A DNA stretch of 64,000 nt from a bacterium. GTDB taxonomy: Bacteria > SAR324 > NAC60-12. Below, in pieces: positions 1 to 11,620 of this stretch. The stretch is from positions 2,936-66,935 of the forward strand of contig CBDDTI010000615.1 of the NCBI GenBank assembly GCA_965233585.1, given 5' to 3'. Position numbers and translations under genes: made by a program. Every line of letters starts with the position of its first letter. Position 1 is the stretch's first letter. The notes under the pieces were generated by a model that saw only the letters and a program-made list of their open reading frames with translations, did not search any database and had not been told where the DNA came from.

Positions 1-105
1 GCCAGCTAAGCAATTCTTCACAATGCCTCTGGTATAATTACTCAGGAAGTGACTAAGGCTTCTAATTAACTATATATCTGCTCAGCAGTCATGCACCTGA
101 GTTAA

Positions 106-1260
106 TTATACATCCACAACTTCCTTCACTGAGTCCTGAGGCTTGTGATCAATCTGAGGAGCTTTTTGCATCAGCTGTTTGACATCTAGTTCACTCATTT
201 GATGAGTTTCCATGAACTTTCTCAGAGCTACCTTATTCACAAGATCCTGAGACAGCTTCTGCTCCCAGTACAACTGAGCTCTGTTCACATTCAGTTGAAG
301 CTCAGCATGCAAAGCCCTGAGCTCACCTTGCTCCTCTTCCATGTTCTTAGCATCTTTCCTGAGCCTAAGCATTGTGAGCTCCTGAGATTCAAGTGCCTGC
401 TCAAGTAGAAGAATCTTGGACTTCATGTCCTCAATCAGGTCAGGTACATTGTCCAAGTCACTGAGCTTCTGATCTGATTCTGAGTTGTCCAGGAGCTTGT
501 CAATCTCATTGATGTTCAGCTTTTGGAGCTCAGACTTGACATAGCCCTGAGCATCATTGGCAGTCCTGATAGGCTGAGGCTTCCAAACTGAGCTTCTCTG
601 CATATTTGATAAAGCAGCATCTAGCACATCGAAGGGCTGATGAGGTCTGCCTGAGCCCTTCCCTGTTGATGAAGAAGCAGTTGCTGCTGAGAATCCAGCT
701 GGTGCATCAGGCTCAGGAGGCTTGAACTGAGCTTGTCTGAACTGAGGAGCTACAAATGCACCCCAAGGCAATGGGTCCATTCTGAGCACCTCAGTGTAAT
801 ATCTTTGAATCACTTCCTGAGACCAGCCATTGTGTTCCTGCAGGGTTGCAAATGGTGTCCATGAAAAAATGACAACTATATCAGTTAATTAATGCTCACT
901 GTCCTATGCTAAAACACACACACCAACAAAAAAAATCATCCATTTGTTCAACCCAGGCACAGAGCATTCTCTACATCCTGATTGCCAGGGAATTCTGCTG
1001 AGGAAGACTGTGTGGCCATTGCCACAGTCAGCCTTAGGCTCCCTAAGGTATCTAGGATACTCCACAATGTTTTCTGAGTCCAAGTTGTTGAAGAGTGCTA
1101 AGCATGAGGGTTCCTGAGGTGGATCATTGGACTGAAGCTGGTAGCGCCCTTGGCCACCCCTCTGAGCCCACAAAACTCCATCTGGCACCTCAGCAGGCTT
1201 CTCTTCAAACATAGGATGAGGTTTGCCTGAGCCTCTCCCATGATAGTCAAAGAAAGACAT
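106..1260 (-). CDS. Cassette gene ZC, variant 1: Cys/His putative Zn-binding domain plus coiled coil; 2 exons, intron 838-960
   Basis: ORFs 904-1281 and 106-813 join in phase 0 via a GTGCCT donor and CAG|G acceptor, giving FLSRIPWQSGCRECS|EHNGWSQEVIQRYY..MDPLPW. The same junction works in all three paralogues. Confidence 0.75.
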
Positions 1261-1536
1261 GGCTGAGATGATATGGAGCAAAAGTTGATTAGTCCTTGCC
1301 CTTAGATTTGAGCCTTAAAAAGCTGAGGAATCACATAGACATGCACAAATATGAACATGCTACAACTTCATTGGTTAATTAATTAGCTAATTACTCAATT
1401 ATAAGAAACTTAAACATGCATAAGCATGCTAACTAATTAATTAATTGATTAATTAATTAATCAAAATTGCCAAAAGTCTAAGATTATGTCCAAGCTGAGC
1501 ACTAATCCCACACCACCAGAAACACCCTTCAGTCCT

Positions 1537-2371
1537 CTAGGGCTCTTCAGTCTTGGCCTTCTTGGACTTGGGCTCAGCATCTGAGGATGGATCTGATGCT
1601 GAATCATCACTGCTCATAGGCTGAGAGTCTAAGACCTGAGAATCATCAGCCAGCTCCTGGGACCCAAAGGGTGTATCTGATGGTGCTTCATCATCACTCC
1701 CCATAGGCTGAGAGTCTAAGACCTGAGAGTCCTTAGCCACCTCCATCACCTCATGGTCAGGCTGTGCATTCAACTCCTTTTCCATATCCTGAAACTTGCT
1801 GAGGGTAGCATCAAATGTATCAGACTTAGCAGGTTGGGCAGGCTGGGCAGGCTGAGGAAGAGGGATACACTCTGATGGCCAACCATCCTGAGCATCCTGA
1901 AGAGCTGTCTTGAGAATCCTAATCCATTGCCCCTGAGTGATCTTTGGGTAACCCTTGAAGTCTTTGAAGATCTGACTGAGTTCATTCCTGAAACTGAGCA
2001 TCACCCAATCAGGCACAGCATCAGGATCCTCAAGCTGAACCAACTGCTGAGTGTAGTACTTCTGCAGCATGTCCACAAACTGTTCCTGAGAGCACCTGAG
2101 CTCCACCTTGATGTCAGCCATCTCAGCTGTCAGAGCCACCACCTTCATGGAGTTGCTTAAAGAACCACCCAAAAATATAACTCATTGCTAATTAACCATT
2201 TAACTAATTAATTAATGGATTTCCCATTGGGAAACAAAAAACAAATCCAAGCCTTAGGACTCAAAGAGAATTTTTCCAGAGTCAGGATATTCCTGAGGTT
2301 GGAAAACCATTCCACAAGATGATAATTGTAGTCCTTCCTGAGCTTGTCCATCTCAGTGTTAATTGCTCCAT
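1537..2371 (-). CDS. Cassette gene AC, variant 1: acidic SQ-rich protein ending PKSKKAKTEEP; probable upstream exon has a 1-bp deletion in this copy
   Basis: ORF 1537-2172. The upstream MEQFNTEMDKLRKDY.. frame is intact in the copy at 22834-23019 but lacks a G near 2360 here. The splice junction was not resolved. Confidence 0.55.
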
Positions 2372-2649
2372 GGCTGAGCTGATGGGATGCAAAGAAGCTG
2401 GCTAGAATGGGCTTGAGCCTTCACAAGCAAAGAAATAAATCCCCCCATGTGAGATGAAAATGGATTGAAATCAAATGAAAAGCAATTCCTTGTTAATTAA
2501 TAAATTAAGTTGAAATCAATTCAAAGTGAAGTGAAAATCAATTGAAAAACAATTTAATTAAACAAATTGAAAATCAATCGAAATTAATTTGAAATCATTT
2601 GAAATCAATTGAACATAAGTTGAAAATGAAATGAAATCAATTGAAATCA

Positions 2650-4030
2650 AAACCAAAGGCTTTCCAAAGGATGAGTTTCAGCCAAGCAAAAAAAAACATG
2701 AATGATCATAATACACAATAGTATGGTTTGTTTGAGGGTACACTATTGTGTCCAGCTGCTTCCTGAGGTTAAGTTTTTTTTCAAGCATTTCCTTTCCCTT
2801 TTCATTTACTAAAGTTTGTTTCCTTTTACTTAGCTTCATCCTTCTTTGAATCAAAACCAAAGGCTTTCCAAAGGATTAGTTTCAGCCAAGCAAAAAAAAC
2901 ATGAATGATCCTGATACACAATAGTATGGTTTGTTTGAGGGTACACTATTGTGTCCAGCTGCTTCCTGAGGTGATTTTGTTTTTTAACATTCCCTTTACA
3001 TTTTCCTTTGCTAAAGTTTATGTCTTTTATTTTCTCAATTACTTTCTTTTATTTAGAATTCTCAGAAATGCTCAATTTCCCAAAATATATGATGCCTTAT
3101 TAAAACCCAATTAAAAAACATCACTCAAACATTTTTTCAAGGGGGTAGTCCATGAGCAACCCTGATACACAATAGTATGGTTTGTTTGAGGGTACACTAT
3201 TGTGTCCAGCTGCTTCCTGAGGTTATATTTTTGTTCAAGCATTTCCTTTCCCTTTTCCTTTACTAAAGTTTGTTTCCTTTTACTTAGCTTCATTCTTCTT
3301 GGAATCAAAACCAAAGGCTTTCCAAAGGATTAGTTTCAGCCAAGCAAAAAAAACATGAATGATCCTGATACACAATAGTATGGTTTGTTTGAGGGTACAC
3401 TATTGTGTCCAGCTGCTTCCTGAGGTGATTTTGTTTTTTTAACATTCCCTTTACATTTTCCTTTGCTAAAGTTTATGTCTTTTATTTTCTCAATTAGTTT
3501 CTTTTATTTAGAATTCTCAGAAATGCTCAATTTCCCAAAATATATGATGCCTTATTAAAACCCAATTAAAAAACATCACTCAAACAATTTTTCAAGGGGG
3601 TAGTCCATGAGCAACCCTGATACACAATAGTATGGTTTGTTTGAGGGTACACTATTGTGTCCAGCTGCTTCCTGAGGTTATATTTTTTTCAAGCATTTCC
3701 TTTCCCTTTTCCTTTACTAAAGTTTGTTTCCTTTTACTTAGCTTCATTCTTCTTGGAATCAAAACCAAAGGCTTTCCAAAGGATTAGTTTCAGCCAAGCA
3801 AAAAAACATGAATGATCCTGATACACAATAGTATGGTTTGTTTGAGGGTACACTATTGTGTCCAGCTGCTTCCTGAGGTGATTGTTTTTTCTTTTACTTG
3901 AAAGTAAATTGAAATCAATTGCAAGTAAATTGAAATCAATTGAAAGTAACTTGAAATGAATATGATCATGATACACAAGAGTATGGTTTGTTTGAGGGTA
4001 CACTATTGTGTCCAGCTGCTTCCTGAGGTT
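2650..4030. repeat. Array 1: 7 copies of the roughly 60-bp dyad core GATACACAATAGTATGGTTTGTTTGAGGGTACACTATTGTGTCCAGCTGCTTCCTGAGGT, separated by a few recurring spacer types
   Basis: Cores near 2711, 2913, 3164, 3367, 3619, 3820 and 3970; period mostly about 200-250 bp. Confidence 0.95.
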
Positions 4031-5083
4031 TTTTTCTTTTCTTGAAAGTAAATTGAAATCAATTGACAGTAATTTTAAATCAATTGAAAGTAACTTCAAA
4101 TCAATTGAAAGTAACTTGAAATCAATTGAAAGTAAATTGAAATCAATTGAAAGTAAATTGAAATCATTTCAAAATAAATTGAAATCAATTGAAAGTAAAT
4201 TGAAATCAATTCAAAATAAATTGAAATCAATTGAAAGTAAATTGAAATCAATTGAAAGTAAATTGAAATCAATTGAAAGTAACTTCAAATCAATTGAAAA
4301 TAACTTCAAATCAATTCAAAATAAATTGAAACCAATTGAAAGTAACTTGAAATGAATTGAAAGTAAGTTGAAATCAATTGAAAGTAAATTGAAATCAAAA
4401 TAAATTGAAATCATTTCAAAATAAATTGAAATCAATTGAAAGTAACTTCAAATCAATTCAAAATCAATTAAAATCAATTGAAAGTAACTTCAAATCAATT
4501 GAAAGTAACTTGAAATCATTTCAAAATAAATTGAAATCAATTGAAAGTAAATTGAAATCAATTCAAAATAAATTGAAATCAATTGAAAGTAAATTGAAAT
4601 CATTTCAAAATAAATTGAAATCAATTGAAAGTAACTTGAAATCATTTCAAAATAAATTGAAATCAATTGAAAGTAAATTGAAATCAATTCAAAATAAATT
4701 GAAATCAATTGAAAGTAAATTGAAATCATTTCAAAATAAATTGAAATCAATTGAAAGTAAATTGAAATCAATTCAAAATAAATTGAAATCAATTGAAAGT
4801 AAATTGAAATCATTTCAAAATAAATTGAAATCAATTGAAAGTAAATTGAAATCAGTTCAAAATAAATTGAAATCAAAATAAATTGAAATCATTTCAAAAT
4901 AAACTGAAATCAATTGAAAGTAAATTGAAATCATTTCAAAATAAATTGAAATCAATTGAAAGTAAATTGAAATCAATTCAAAATAAATTGAAATCAATTG
5001 AAAGTAAATTGAAATCATTTCAAAATAAATTGAAATCAATTGAAAGTAAATTGAAATCAATTCAAAATAAATTGAAATCAATT
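3895..5083. repeat. 21-bp AT-rich satellite (AAATTGAAATCAATTGAAAGT and variants) with 84-bp higher-order structure
   Basis: Visible tandem units; they translate as spurious (LKSIESK/LKSFQNK)n. Confidence 0.97.
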
Positions 5084-5211
5084 TAAATCTATCATTTTTT
5101 TTAAATATCACACTATTCTGTACCCGTCACCTTCTTTTTTCCACACTATTCTGTATCCTAGATTTGTTTGGGGGGGGGTCCCCTGTACTAATCTGTAACC
5201 TACATTATTCG

Positions 5212-5869
5212 AAAAGAGAGTCTTTGCCTTTCAGCTCATGCAACCTTCTCGCCTTGCCTCTGGCGATTGATTTTTCCGATCATGGCCTCTTCTGTGCCTG
5301 GTGGTATACCTGCACTGAAAGGTAAACTGGATGGGTCTGCCCTTTCCTCAACATTCTCAATTGCTTCTTCGACCAAAACCGGCGGCAACGACGGTGTCAT
5401 TGGAGCAATGGATGAAGGGGGCAATGCAGGTGTTGGAGGCATTGAAACAGCTGGACTCAAGGGTGATCTCTGTCTTCCCTCGGATGCAATCTTGTCTGCA
5501 CGAATCAAACTAGTGAATCTTGCTTTGCATGCAGCGTTATGAACACCTCCAGCATTTTCGCAAGCCTTACAACCAGGTGAAGCACCCTATCGAATCAACC
5601 TATCTAAGGTTATGTACTCATTCCGTTCTCTAGGTGTCGCACTGGATGGCAGCGATGAAAATGGAACATCAATGTTTGGCACACCTTCTAATTTCAAACC
5701 ACCAAACTCAGCCAGTGCTGCTTGTGAAGCTGTGAACAAAGGCATGATTGGATCACCCTCCGGAATGAAAACCTCTTCAAAAGGAACGCTAACGGGAACA
5801 TTATAACCTGGAGTCTTATCTTGAAGGGATTTATAATCCAACACCAAGTGCACTCCTTTGAAGTGCGGT
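5212..5869 (-). pseudogene. Duplicated 658-bp copia pol fragment (post-integrase region)
   Basis: Matches 24208-24865; breaks at GAAGTGCGGT|ACCTCAG. Confidence 0.9.
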
Positions 5870-5938
5870 ACCTCAGAAAGCTGTTTGTTGCTCTGAAAAG
5901 ACTCAGCAGGCTGAGAGTAATCATCAGCTCTCAGGATT

Positions 5939-7270
5939 CTACTGAGACCTTTGTCTCTTTCTGCTGGGAGTAGGGTTTTCTTTCTGTCTCATGCTGAGGT
6001 ACCTCTCAGAGTTGCTATTGGCACAACCTTTGAGAATTTTGATGGCACTACTCATGGTGATGCCTTTCTGAGCTATGAATTCTTGGAGCATCTGAGCAGC
6101 TTCAGCTTCCTCAGTTTCCTTCCTTATTTGAATCTCCTCAGCTTCCATCTCCACTGAGCTGATGACAGTCTTGAGGTTAGCCATGTCTTTCTGAGTTGCC
6201 GGAGACTCTTCCTTCATCCTGAAGAGATCTTCCTGGAGTCTGGCCTCAGTTTCATCCTGCAGCTTCTGAGCTTTTGTCATCAACTCTAAGCAGTTTTTCA
6301 TCTCATCTATCTCAGGAATGAGATCCTCATAATCACAATTCATCTGAGCATTCTCCACCTTCTCCATCATAGCTGAGCATCTGCCATGAGGATCCATCTG
6401 GTCCAGCTGAGAATAGTAGTACTGAGCACCTTTCTCTTGCTTGGCCTGGGATGCCTGAGAAGGCCTTGCCTTAGGGATCATTGGTCTGCCTGGAAGCTCA
6501 GGACAAGGCTGAGGAGAAGAAGAAGTGCCAGCACCATGCATGAACTGAGCCTTACCATACTTGTCCATCACTGAGGTAGCCCATGGCAATGGGTCCATGC
6601 TGAGAATCCTGGCATGGTACCACTGCAGCACTGACTGAGACCATCCTCCCTGAGCCTGAATGCTAACTGCTTTGAATGAAGCAACCAAGTAGGCTGTAAT
6701 TGATTACTTTTATCAGGAAACCAAGTCATTACTCATTTGTCTAAGTAATTGATTATATAATTAATGTGGATTACTTAGGTTTTGAATTGTCACTGTGGTA
6801 CTTGTAATTAGCAGTAATACTTGCATTATGAGCACAAAAAAATCAGGAGCAAAAACATTTAATGAAACAAAAAGAGCATGAGTCTAAGTCAACCCAGGAA
6901 CTTTGCATTCTCGACATCCTGATTGCCAAGGGATTCTGCTGAGAAAGATTTTGTGGCCTTTGCCACAGTCAAACTGTGGCTCATCCAAGTACCTGGGGTA
7001 AAAGACCACCTGTGATGGATTAGCTTCCTGAAACAACTCAGACATGGAAGGTTTCTGAGGATCAGGTTTTGGCTTCAGCTGAGCATATTTTCCACTTGTT
7101 GATGCTTCATAAGTCATCCCATCAGGGATAGTACTGAGGACTGCCTGAGCTACCCAGGGCCCAGATCTGCCTGTAGCATCAACTTCTCCTGAGCCCTTGT
7201 CTGAGTGTGTGCCTCTGGAATCTCCTGAGCCTGATGCTGCTTCCCAATTCCAGTGGTGCTGAGAACTCAT
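5939..7270 (-). CDS. Cassette gene ZC, variant 2; intron 6656-6901
   Basis: GTTCCT donor and CAG|G acceptor in phase 0, giving GCRECK|AQGGWSQSVLQWYHARILSMDPLPW; basic C-terminus PSRKRQR. Confidence 0.75.
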
Positions 7271-7551
7271 GGCTTGCAAGAAGTGCAGCTGAGTTGATGC
7301 TAATCACATTGAGATCAAGGAGCTGCTGAATCACATAGACATGCAGAATTCAACTTCATGCAAGCCTTAAAAAGCTGAGGAATCACATAGACATGCACAT
7401 ATAAAAATGCTACAACTTAATTGGTTAATTAATCAATTAGTTAGCTAATTAGCAAATTATTTGATGTCAACATTAATTAATTACTGATAAAACTGACCAA
7501 AAGTCTAAGATTATGGCCAATCCCACACCACCAGAAACACCCTTCAGTCCT

Positions 7552-8130
7552 CTAGGGCTCTTCAGTCTTGGCCTTCTTGGACTTGGGCTCAGCATCTGAT
7601 GATGGTGGATCTGATGCTGCTTCATCATCCTGCTCAGAGTCACCAAAGACCTGAGAGTCATCATCCTGCTCAGAGTCACCAAAGACCTGAGAGTCATCAT
7701 CCTGCTGAGAGTCACCAAAGACCTGAGAGTCATCAGCATGCTGAGAGTCCTCAGTGACCTGCTGGGGCATCCTGCTGAGCACTTTGTCCCTGATCTCAGC
7801 AAGCTCCTCCTTGATCACATCAGCCCTGAGGTTCTCAATGTTCTGGCAATGCTGGACCCACTGATGCTGCCTGACCTCCACAAGTGCCAGCATGTTGAGC
7901 AGCTCAGCCTTGCACTTGATGAGGTTGAATCCATTTCCCTGAGACTGTCCACTGAGGGAGGCATGCACCTTGTGCAGCTCATCAAGGGAAGACCTGAGGT
8001 CCTGATGCTCCCCCATGTCGATCTCATGCCTACTGAGGAAGATAAGAGCATCCTGAGGTGTAATGCCAAGATCTGAGATGAACTTAAGGAGCTGTCCCTC
8101 TTCCTGAGTAGTAAGCTTCCCCATTGCCAT
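7552..8130 (-). CDS. Cassette gene AC, variant 2 (192 aa) with about 3 copies of a 36-bp DDSQVFGDSEQD repeat and the PKSKKAKTEEP tail
   Basis: Intact ATG-started ORF; 3' end nearly identical to variant 1. Confidence 0.7.
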   Translation of the reverse strand: MAMGKLTTQEEGQLLKFISDLGITPQDALIFLSRHEIDMGEHQDLRSSLDELHKVHASLSGQSQGNGFNLIKCKAELLNMLALVEVRQHQWVQHCQNIENLRADVIKEELAEIRDKVLSRMPQQVTEDSQHADDSQVFGDSQQDDDSQVFGDSEQDDDSQVFGDSEQDDEAASDPPSSDAEPKSKKAKTEEP

Positions 8131-8515
8131 GGCTGAAAAAGTTAGTGCAGTGGAACTGAGCTAAGGTTCTACTGGCTGTGTTTGATCCTTCACAAGCTCA
8201 AAAATCAACCTGAACCATTGCAAAGAAGCTGAGAGGTTGCATACAAGCTCAATCTAAGCCATAACTCATGACACCAAATCAAAGTTGAACATATTGTGAT
8301 TAATTAATGAACAGTTAGTTATAGAAATGGTTGGTTCCTTCAGCTGAGTTCAACCTTAGTCATTGAAACCTCACCCAGACCCACCACTTTCCCAAACATT
8401 TTATGGCAATGCCTTTTGCTGATAGTGCTATGCTGATGCATACTGAGCCTTGCTCAGGACAAAGTTGGAAACAACTGAGAAGCTAGCTGAGGTAGAAGAT
8501 GATGTAGCTCACATT

Positions 8516-8562
8516 CTGAGGTTCTACTTCATAGTGAGTCTCACTATGAAGTAGAACCTCAG
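8516..8562. repeat. Perfect palindrome with 23-bp arms and a 1-nt centre
   Basis: CTGAGGTTCTACTTCATAGTGAG-T-CTCACTATGAAGTAGAACCTCAG. Confidence 0.95.
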
Positions 8563-8955
8563 TGCCTTGGCTTCTCCTTCTCCTCAGCACTGAAGATGCT
8601 CACAACTAAGAAGGATGATGTAGTCACCAGGTACTCCACTTGCTCAGGATGCTGATGTCCTGTCAGGGACAAAAAGCTGAGAGCAAAGCATACAACTCTT
8701 TGACACTAATCTCAGTGTATAGTGTTCATTGAATAATTAATCAGATAAATAAGTCTCTACCCATCAATGTGTGTCAAGCAAATTGACTATGCAATCAAAT
8801 ACTTCCAACAATTAACATGCAGAAGAAGCCCTCCACATCCCTCCAGAGCTGCACACTTTTTTCCTAAGGATTCAAGCTGCATGGATTGCTTCTGAAAGCA
8901 AATTTAAAAAGCACAGTGAGATTTCACTCAGTGATGTTCCATCTGCCTGAGGCAG

Positions 8956-10299
8956 CTACTCATCCTCATCATTCTGAGATTTTTGCTTCTTAGGTGGAGG
9001 GCTGAGCAAATAGAGAACCCTCTGCCTTGAGATTGGCAGCTTCTCTATGAAATCTTCAATTTCCTGAGTCATGAAAGCATCCTGAGCCTCCTGAGCCTCC
9101 CTCTCAGCTTTTTCAGCCTCCTGCTGAGCCTCCTCCTCAGCTAGTACTGCATCTTTCATTAAAAGCATGTTCTCATGGGTTCCTTGGAAAGCAATGATGT
9201 TGTTTGAAATCTCCTGAGACACATCTTCCATCAAGCTGAGATCCTTCTTCAGTCTGGCCACAGTCCTTTCCTGCATTTTCTGAGCTTGTTCCATCAATTC
9301 TATGCATTCTTTGAGCTCATCCATGTGAACTAACAGGTCCTCCAGAGGTTGATCATTCATGGAAGCATCTGAGAGAAGCAGAGCCATTGCTGAGCACCTA
9401 CCCTCAGGATCCATCTGCTGGAGCTGGTTGAAGTAGTATGCTTCACCACTAGGACACTCACTGGCCTGAGGTGGATCAGCTGGCCTTGCCTTAGGCATCA
9501 CTGGTGTGCCTAGAGGCTCAGGAGGACGCTGAGAAGATGAAGGCCTAGAAGCAGAAGGATCTTCCATGAACTGAGCCTTACCATAATCTGCCTTCACTGA
9601 CTTAGCCCATGGCAATGGATCCATGCTGATCATCCTGGTGTAGTACCACTGGATCACCCACTGAGGCCATCCATCTGAGCCCTCAATGCAAGCTGCTTTG
9701 AATGAAACAAAAAAGTAGACTGTAATTGATCAATTAATTCATGATGTTACCAAGTAATGAATTGCTCAATTAATTAATTAATTGGCTAATTAATTAATTA
9801 TATGATTAATGTTGTTTACTTTGTTTTGAACTGTCACTGAGGTACTTGTAATTAGCAGTAATACTTTAGTTCAAAGCACATAAAAATCAGGAGCAAAAAA
9901 CAGGTAAACAAAAATAACATTATTCTAAGTCCACCCAGGAACTCTGCATTTGCCACATCCTGACTGCCAAGGAATTCTGCTGAGAAAAATGTCAGCTCCA
10001 CAGGAACCACAGGCAACCTTAGGCTCATCCAAGTACCTGGGGTACTTGACCATAACTTCCTTATCCTGATTCTGGAACAGCTCAGAGATGTAAGGTCTCT
10101 TAGGATCACATGGTTGCACCAACTGAGCATGCTTTCCCTTCTCTGATCTATACACCATTCCAGCAGGAATAGTGCTAAGGAGTTGCTGAGGTACCCAGGG
10201 CCCATATCTGCCCTCAGCATCCTTTTTTCCTGAGCCTTGGGCAGCTGTCCTCTGCTGCCAAGGGTGATTCTTCTGACTAGCAGCAGTGTTTGAACTCAT
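8956..10299 (-). CDS. Cassette gene ZC, variant 3; intron 9682-9942
   Basis: GTTCCT donor and GAG|G acceptor in phase 0, giving GCGKCR|GSDGWPQWVIQWYYTRMISMDPLPW; PPKKQK near the C-terminus. Confidence 0.75.
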
Positions 10300-10373
10300 G
10301 GCTTGCAAGAAGTGCAGCTGAGTTGGTGGAAATCGCACTGAGATCAAAGCAGCTGAGGAATCACATAGACATG

Positions 10374-11620
10374 GCCTTATTAAATGATGCCTTATTAAAA
10401 CCCAATTAAAAACCCAATTAAAAAATGATGCCTTATTAAAACCCAATTAAAAAACATCACTCAAACATTTTTTCAAGGGGGTAGTCCATGAGCAACCCTG
10501 ATACACAATAGTATGGTTTGTTTGAGGGTACACTATTGTGTCCAGCTGCTTCCTGAGGTTATATTTTTTTTTCAAGCATTTCCTTTCCCTTTTCCTTTAC
10601 TAAAGTTTGTTTCCTTTTACTTAGCTTCATTCTTCTTGGAATCAAAACCAAAGGCTTTCCAAAGGATTAGTTTCAGCCAAGCAAAAAAAACATGAATGAT
10701 CCTGATACACAATAGTATGGTTTGTTTGAGGGTACACTATTGTGTCCAGCTGCTTCCTGAGGTGATTTTGTTTTTTTAACATTCCCTTTACATTTTCCTT
10801 TGCTAAAGTTTATGTCTTTTATTTTCTCAATTAGTTTCTTTTATTTAGAATTCTCAGAAATGCTCAATTTCCCAAAATATATGATGCCTTATTAAAACCC
10901 AATTAAAAAACATCACTCAAACAATTTTTCAAGGGGGTAGTCCATGAGCAACCCTGATACACAATAGTATGGTTTGTTTGAGGGTACACTATTGTGTCCA
11001 GCTGCTTCCTGAGGTTATATTTTTTTTCAAGCATTTCCTTTCCCTTTTCCTTTACTAAAGTTTGTTTCCTTTTACTTAGCTTCATTCTTCTTGGAATCAA
11101 AACCAAAGGCTTTCCAAAGGATTAGTTTCAGCCAAGCAAAAAAACATGAATGATCCTGATACACAATAGTATGGTTTGTTTGAGGGTACACTATTGTGTC
11201 CAGCTGCTTCCTGAGGTGATTTTGTTTTTTAACATTCCCTTTACATTTTCCTTTGCTAAAGTTTATTTCTTTTATTTTCTCAATTACCTTCTTTTATTTA
11301 GAATTCTCAGAAATGCTCAATTTCCCAAAATATATGATGCCTTATTAAAACCCAATTAAAAAACATCACTCAAACAATTTTTCAAGGGGGTAGTCCATGA
11401 GCAACCCTGATACACAATAGTATGGTTTGTTTGAGGGTACACTATTGTGTCCAGCTGCTTCCTGAGGTGATTGTTTTTTCTTTTACTTGAAAGTAAATTG
11501 AAATCAATTGCAAGTAAATTGAAATCAATTGAAAGTAACTTGAAATGAATATGATCATGATACACAAGAGTATGGTTTGTTTGAGGGTACACTATTGTGT
11601 CCAGCTGCTTCCTGAGGTTT
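10374..11620. repeat. Array 2: 6 dyad cores, preceded by a scrambled duplication junction
   Basis: Cores near 10500, 10703, 10956, 11158, 11409 and 11558. Confidence 0.95.

Noticed and set aside
904-1281. Stand-alone 125-aa zinc protein ending VPG
   Set aside because: Better explained as exon 1 of the spliced ZC gene; VPG is the donor GTNCCTGG.
2650-4030. CRISPR-like repeat-spacer array
   Set aside because: Spacers are about 90-190 bp and recur as a few classes rather than being unique; no cas genes; eukaryotic context.
2678-4099. Short LRKQLDTIVYPQTNHT ORFs
   Set aside because: They are translations of the dyad core, with frames broken by variable homopolymers.
4008-5111. LKSIESK and ISIYF repeat ORFs (also 11597-12783, 23825-24084)
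   Set aside because: Translations of a 21-bp satellite that happens to be stop-free.
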